From Breznakia blatticola (GTDB lineage: Bacteria; Bacillota_I; Bacilli_A; Erysipelotrichales; Erysipelotrichaceae): DNA of 21,171 bases. Shown piece after piece: positions 18,001 through 21,171 of this stretch (the stretch's first letter is position 1; each line of letters starts with the position of its first letter). The stretch is from positions 1-21,171 of the forward strand of contig NZ_SODD01000015.1 in NCBI RefSeq assembly GCF_004365815.1. Reading direction: 5' to 3'. Below the pieces are notes generated by a model. The model saw nothing but the letters and a program-made list of their open reading frames with translations. It was not told where the DNA came from and searched no databases. Position numbers and translations under genes: made by a program.

Positions 18001-20125
18001 AGTCTCCAGCATTTTGTTGCCAAACAGTGTTTACCCATTGTAAGTGCCATGGTGAAGGATTCACATAACAAGTTGCATTGATAAACAACCCTTTTCCTTC
18101 CGCAGCTCTTTGTGCTCTCATCGTTTCAAACACATCAATCCAACGTTCCCATAATTCACTTGTATAGTACATGTTGTTGTCTCCACCAACCATGTGTTCA
18201 CTTTCAGCATCTGTACTTGGTCTTGATGCAAATCCATCAAGTTTCCAGTAATCAATATCAAAACGTGCTTGGTAATCTACAAATAGTTTTTCTAATAAAT
18301 CAACATAGTTTTTCGAACTAACATCAATTGCCTTTTTCAAAGCAGCGTTATTGTTTACATATCCAGTTCCTTTACTTTCAAGGTACTCTGAGAATGTTTT
18401 ATTTAATTCGTATCCACCTTGAGGTCCTAACCATAATCCAAATGTCGATGCAAATTTCTTTGTCATTTCCATTGATGGATATAATTCATTCGGGAATTTA
18501 TCATTGAATTCCCAGAATCCAGTACGGTTGTATGAGTTTCCTGAACGACCTACATCGATTCCAGTATATGTTGGATCGTTGTAGTTATTCCATCCATCAT
18601 CAACTACATAAGAATCAAGTGGTTCTACACCATTTTGTGACAATCCTTTTTCTGATGCATAGAAAATACGTTGAATACTTTCATCTGTAATTCCCATACG
18701 GTTTTCATACCAAGAATTGTATTGTGTTCTAAATGTTGTTTTTGTTGCGATTGTATCAATGTATGCAAAGAAATCAGTTTGCACAACATTTTTATCTGTA
18801 CCCACTGCAGCACCAACTACATTTGGCCATGTTTGATAACTACCTTCACTTAATGCACCTTCTGCTTCTAATTGTGCAATACTTTTTCCAGAGTAGTAAC
18901 GGATTTTCATTGTATCTTTTACAATGTTTGTATCTGTTGCTGGGAATTCGCTTCCAAAGAACATTCCATCTGCATAAATTGGTTGCCCAAGTTGCATTTC
19001 TGGAGCTAAGAAGTTATATGCACCTTCTGCTACATAGTAACTATCTGGACGACTCCATACTCCTTCAACTGTATTATCCAACACAAAATGATCCATTTCG
19101 ATGTAGTCAATTCTTGCTTTTTCTTTATCATCGGCATTTACGCGTACAAAACTACGCATAAAGTAATCACCATCTAGCATTGTTACATGGTATGAGAATG
19201 TCCAGTTTACACCATCTTTTTTGTATGGTTTATACATGAATGCAAGTTCTTTACCACCTTGAATTTCATTCACCTTAACTTGATCAATTGTTAAATTTGA
19301 TGAACGAATTACACTATCTTCTTGTACTGCTTTTTCATATGTATCTTCATACAAACGAACTTCTGCCATACAAAATGATTTTGACCCATATACATCTGAT
19401 TTTTGAATCAAACGTACATAACGTGCATTTTGTGGAGTATCAAAGTTAGCATATACTAAATCACCAACATTGTATAAGTTACCTACTTGGTGAATATTGT
19501 AATCCGCTTTCGTGAATTCACCTTCTCCTGCTGCAGTCCAAGTCGTTCCATCATTACTTGTTTGAACTTCATATTCACCAACAGTTCCATTCACTCCCCA
19601 ACTTGCATTTGTACTTCCTTGACGTTTTTGTAATGAAAATGATTTGAATTCTTTTTGTTCTTTCAAATCGATTGTCACTACATAAGGAAATTTATTTCCT
19701 ACGTAGTAATCAATATCTGTTGCATCATTTGCATCAAGAAGTGCAGCTGCATCTTTTGAACCTGTACCATCATTCGTTGCAATCGTTGCTGACCAACCAG
19801 TTCTCGATAACTCTTTTACTGGTTTTACATCTTCGACAACGGTTCCGCCAGAAATAATGTTTACTTCAAAGTCATTTGACTTTGTCGCCGGTTTTAATTG
19901 TTTATTAATTCGATGGTTTGTAATATCTATCGTATTTACATGCCCATCTTCAATTTTAAAATTTCGTGTAAGGTATTCATTACCGATACTTGCCTTATCA
20001 CTTTCATTTGTTACACTCACTGTCGCGCCAGTTTCCTTGTTTAGCGTTTTCTCAGTTTGTGGAAATAATGAAACAATACAGCTCAGTAACAACCCAAGTA
20101 CCAAACTCTTTTTTATTATTTTCAT
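15083..20125 (-). CDS. 1680-aa cell-surface multidomain glycoside hydrolase: F5/8-type-C (CBM32-like) module, clan GH-D (GH27/GH36)-like catalytic core, Ig-like module, LamG/ConA-like module, second F5/8-type-C module, FIVAR stalk and C-terminal TM anchor
   Basis: Signal peptide MKIIKKSLVLGLLLSCIVSLF. The first discoidin module (aa ~105-260) contains WSATIATNDG...YVRL...MAEVRLYE. The core spans aa ~270-905 and carries YVVDDGW (aa 506-512; the DDGW codons are nt 18590-18601). It also carries FGLWLGPQGG, DIDYWKLDGF (K628-L-D630, nt 18236-18244), INATCYVNPSPW and VWQQNAGDLASD. This mirrors the order of the GH36 blocks DDGW / FGLW.EPE / KWDMN / CSSGG / W.SDN.D. The Ig-like module is aa ~915-1000 and the LamG-like module aa ~1005-1200. 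The second discoidin module (aa ~1210-1353) reads DWTATASSE...FAIDGKTNTLWHSNW...AAAVELRFF. FIVAR repeats span aa ~1360-1625. The tail reads TDTGDTTN-INVLLMLLALSALGIGVGY-TRKMKKK. Confidence 0.8.
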   Translation of the reverse strand: MKIIKKSLVLGLLLSCIVSLFPQTEKTLNKETGATVSVTNESDKASIGNEYLTRNFKIEDGHVNTIDITNHRINKQLKPATKSNDFEVNIISGGTVVEDVKPVKELSRTGWSATIATNDGTGSKDAAALLDANDATDIDYYVGNKFPYVVTIDLKEQKEFKSFSLQKRQGSTNASWGVNGTVGEYEVQTSNDGTTWTAAGEGEFTKADYNIHQVGNLYNVGDLVYANFDTPQNARYVRLIQKSDVYGSKSFCMAEVRLYEDTYEKAVQEDSVIRSSNLTIDQVKVNEIQGGKELAFMYKPYKKDGVNWTFSYHVTMLDGDYFMRSFVRVNADDKEKARIDYIEMDHFVLDNTVEGVWSRPDSYYVAEGAYNFLAPEMQLGQPIYADGMFFGSEFPATDTNIVKDTMKIRYYSGKSIAQLEAEGALSEGSYQTWPNVVGAAVGTDKNVVQTDFFAYIDTIATKTTFRTQYNSWYENRMGITDESIQRIFYASEKGLSQNGVEPLDSYVVDDGWNNYNDPTYTGIDVGRSGNSYNRTGFWEFNDKFPNELYPSMEMTKKFASTFGLWLGPQGGYELNKTFSEYLESKGTGYVNNNAALKKAIDVSSKNYVDLLEKLFVDYQARFDIDYWKLDGFASRPSTDAESEHMVGGDNNMYYTSELWERWIDVFETMRAQRAAEGKGLFINATCYVNPSPWHLQWVNTVWQQNAGDLASDATNGGTQSAKMISGRDNVYFVNGVDGDFQFPLKNVYNHDPIYGNAAGVKMNTEEFRDYMFANAMRGTAFWELYFSPDMMDDAKWKVTADVLEFAEANEEILEKAKLFGSSPKSKQGIYGYSSWDGNQGIVYFRNPTASEKEYTFTYDGNAGVATDVQSVKQTQICPYKNKADDKTISYGDSVTVKLAPYEMVAYQYGIQDGQAPTIEVVRNTDDKTLDIRFSERISDELTVTIKGNEVSSITLLEDYRTARVVCDSPLAKTNEVKVTYADIAGNTANDTLEVKAYEDHVVAALTTTDDFKDDADVIQGSLSRADIPMFGLNKKAYELKDTNTFDGVGEFGLSFILKTASKNAVVYNQDGLTVAIDDEGYIVTTINGETLSSKELITEVVDLEHGLVGTAEYVPTTTTTKYVGQVADDAIHTVAVARELNGLCKVYVDGNLHSSIYLPDASLPTNPNAKVTVGSKEFSGFIGNLTFKNVSVGYDDAQNQFKGLLLEGTKELDRTDWTATASSEYGKSQTEGPAKFAIDGKTNTLWHSNWAAAYPDPRDHWIALDFGEELSFDSMEYTGRTAKTNGNMKDYLIQVKDDEGNWVDVKTGTINDGGAQMIYFDDVVTSSAVRIKVLSDYGVQAKHAAAVELRFFQELKPIGDYNSFRDFVAQQTLEDPEYFTADSYKDYKDAYDALIEASHVLDIEDETIASVTDAYTTAKDALVRVKLDSTKLADAIAKAEKIDQSKYTTETANALQTALDAAKKALNEADKQSQLDSATANLQAAIDALVKLGDKAELKVLVDIVEVLDESEYTPETWTAVADALAKANVVLANDQALQSDVDAAYDALLDAVSKLTSTVEVAKDELQDLVEDSSKLKEADYTKDSWNVFVDALEKAKTVLEDPNATAGDVLQAKVELTNAINQLKEPSKELPSISPEKPNKPADGTDTGDTTNINVLLMLLALSALGIGVGYTRKMKKK

Positions 20126-20248
20126 TTGAACCTCTTTCCTTTACATACTACATGCACCCATATGTCGCCAATGATTGAATCTGTTTCCCCGCAAATACAA
20201 TCACTTTTATTGACCTTTTATCAAAAACAAACATCACCCCCGCTTACG

Positions 20249-20262
20249 TGTAACCGCTAACA
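20249..20262. promoter_or_regulatory. cre box (perfect consensus match) in the leader of the 1680-aa gene
   Basis: TGTAACCGCTAACA (minus strand TGTTAGCGGTTACA) satisfies all fixed positions of TGWNANCGNTNWCA. It lies 12 nt downstream of a minus-strand TATAAT (20275-20280), which is the position of a roadblock or early-transcribed operator. Confidence 0.6.
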
Positions 20263-20274
20263 CTTTATATTTTC

Positions 20275-20280
20275 ATTATA
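20275..20280 (-). promoter_or_regulatory. Candidate -10 hexamer (TATAAT) for the 1680-aa gene; weak -35
   Basis: The minus strand reads aaaattaTATAATgaaaat. The hexamer 17 nt upstream is AAAACA, a poor -35, as expected for an activator-dependent (AraC-type) promoter. It lies ~150 nt upstream of the ATG at 20125. Confidence 0.35.
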
Positions 20281-20340
20281 TAATTTTGAAAATAAAATGT
20301 TTTATGGTTTTTAAGCAATGTTTTGCACTTTTCAGTTTGT

Positions 20341-20380
20341 TTTTTTAAAAAATAGGACCAACGCAATCGTCAGTCCTATT
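20341..20380 (-). terminator. Rho-independent terminator of the partial upstream surface-protein gene
   Basis: The minus strand reads AATAGGAC-(14-nt loop)-GTCCTATT followed by TTTTAAAAAA. It lies ~75 nt after the stop at 20456. Confidence 0.6.
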
Positions 20381-20455
20381 TGAAGCGCACAATAACAATT
20401 GATTTTGACTTCTTTCTATTTTTTGAAGTTATTTATTTTTATTGCGACACTAACT

Positions 20456-21171
20456 TTATGCTTTTTTTCTTTTCTTCAAGCCGTATGCAACTGCAATACC
20501 AGATAGTCCAAGCAATGCGATTAAACCAACTACATTTGTTGAATCTCCAGTGTTTGATCCTCCGTTATTATTGTTTGGTTTGTTAGCTCCGATACTTGGT
20601 AACTCTGTTTTTCCATCTACAGCAACTAATCCATTGATTGCCTTAAGTAAGTTATCATGTGCTGCATCAATTTCTGCTTGTGTTGCATTTGTGTTTGTTA
20701 ACACATCTTTAGCTTTATTTAATGCATCTACATAATTTGCCCATGAATCTTTTGTGTAGTCAGTTTCTTTTAACTTGTCACTATCTTTAATAACAGTTTC
20801 AAGTTTAGAAGAATCTGTGTTTGTATCATCGACTTTCACAAGACCTTTCATTGCATTTTCAAGAGTAGTTTTTGCAATATCTACTGCTTGTTGTGTTGCA
20901 TTTGGATCTGCTACTACTGTTTTTGCATCTGCTAATGCATCTTTAAGAACAGCCCATGAATCTGCAGTATAATCTGTTTCAGTTAATGCTTCTGCATTTG
21001 TAATTACAGTTGTAAGTCCAGTCTTATCAACAACTGCAACTGCTACTAAATCATCAATTGCACTTTCTAGTGCTGCTTTAGCATCATCTACTTCTTGTTG
21101 TGTTGCATTTGTATCTGCTACTACTGTTTTAGCATCTGCTAGTGCATCTTTAAGAACAGCCCATGAATCTG
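20456..21171 (-). CDS. 3' end of a third surface protein (N-terminus outside the window): FIVAR repeats plus the same C-terminal anchor
   Basis: The tracked ORF 20456-20851 starts at an internal Met. I translated the same frame by hand to 21171 and found no stop: ...DSWAVLKDALADAKTVVADTNATQQEVDDAKAALESAIDDLVAVAVVDKTGLTTVITNAEALTETDYTADSWAVLKDALADAKTVVADPNATQQAVDIAKTTLENAMKGLVKVDD.... The tail reads SNTGDSTN-VVGLIALLGLSGIAVAYGL-KKRKKA. Confidence 0.85.
   Translation of the reverse strand, partial: DSWAVLKDALADAKTVVADTNATQQEVDDAKAALESAIDDLVAVAVVDKTGLTTVITNAEALTETDYTADSWAVLKDALADAKTVVADPNATQQAVDIAKTTLENAMKGLVKVDDTNTDSSKLETVIKDSDKLKETDYTKDSWANYVDALNKAKDVLTNTNATQAEIDAAHDNLLKAINGLVAVDGKTELPSIGANKPNNNNGGSNTGDSTNVVGLIALLGLSGIAVAYGLKKRKKA
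20903..21171 (-). repeat. Tandem coding repeat with 210-bp period (one FIVAR module per unit)
   Basis: 21113-21171 (ATCTGCTACTACTGTTTTAGCATCTGCTAGTGCATCTTTAAGAACAGCCCATGAATCTG) is near-identical to 20906-20964, with 2 substitutions and 1 indel by eye. The encoded peptide DSWAVLKDALADAKTVVAD.NATQQ occurs twice. Confidence 0.8.

Noticed and set aside
18733-19161. A 142-aa plus-strand ORF, plus many other 60-110-aa tracked ORFs antisense to long genes. Examples are 1051-1266, 2678-2881, 5492-5781, 6013-6315, 10631-10849, 12307-12636, 15436-15693, 19857-20129 and 20775-20972.
   Set aside because: All lie entirely inside, and antisense to, long CDSs with strong family-level support. Their translations are low-complexity (L/H/Q/S/F-rich) and I saw no RBS. 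They are shadow ORFs, as expected in AT-rich DNA.
15083-20125. Assigning the 1680-aa enzyme to GH101 (endo-alpha-GalNAc-ase), GH20 or GH136 (lacto-N-biosidases), as the GH112 context would suggest.
   Set aside because: I found no block resembling the GH101 nucleophile region as I recall it (LDFIYVDVWG) and no GH20 H-x-G-G-D-E motif. The DDGW, KxD and W..N.GD block order instead points to clan GH-D. GH136 cannot be excluded from memory alone, but its beta-helix fold is inconsistent with these motifs.
20456-20851. The tracked 131-aa ORF treated as a complete small gene.
   Set aside because: The same frame stays open to the window end (21171) and keeps encoding FIVAR repeats. The Met at 20849-20851 is internal, so the gene is a 5'-truncated large surface protein.
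1-21171. tRNA, rRNA, riboswitch, CRISPR arrays, toxin-antitoxin or phage-defence modules.
   Set aside because: I saw no cloverleaf-like or rRNA-like conserved stretches. The only spaced direct repeats are the FIVAR coding repeats and one 15-bp duplicate. No ORFs carry nuclease, ATPase or TA signatures. Every intergenic gap above ~100 nt is accounted for by promoters, cre boxes or terminators.

Overview
This is visibly AT-rich, low-GC Firmicute-style DNA, with Shine-Dalgarno-led genes, sigma-A-type promoters and rho-independent hairpins. The window is essentially one accessory carbohydrate locus, bounded on the left by the 3' part of a decayed ISL3-family IS. The core operon runs on the minus strand (8570 to 900). 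It encodes a GH112 1,3-beta-galactosyl-N-acetylhexosamine (lacto-N-biose/galacto-N-biose) phosphorylase and a self-contained CUT1 ABC importer: lipoprotein binding protein, two permeases, an untracked 56-aa two-TM ORF and an MsmK/MalK-type ATPase. It ends with a BadF/NAGK-type sugar kinase. Upstream lie two divergently transcribed AraC-family regulators and three exported proteins. (i) A signal-anchored DUF4874/DUF4832-like putative glycosidase is co-transcribed with an 889-aa protein that has three beta-sandwich modules and no catalytic domain. (ii) A 1680-aa multidomain enzyme has a core carrying GH27/GH36 (clan GH-D)-like DDGW and KxD motifs. (iii) The 3' end of a third protein runs off the window. 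All three large proteins end in a colinear FIVAR-type helical stalk plus the same non-LPXTG C-terminal signal: [DN]-T-[GS]-D-[TS]-T-N, a TM helix and a K/R tail. Four cre-like (CcpA) boxes occupy the four regulatory spacers. The most interesting reading is a Gram-positive host-glycan (mucin O-glycan or milk-oligosaccharide) harvesting system. Its intracellular half is textbook GH112. Its extracellular half has none of the known disaccharide-releasing families (GH101, GH20, GH136); uncharacterised or divergent modules stand in their place. I saw no RNA genes, CRISPR arrays or defence genes. All family assignments rest on motif recognition from memory, because no searches could be run.
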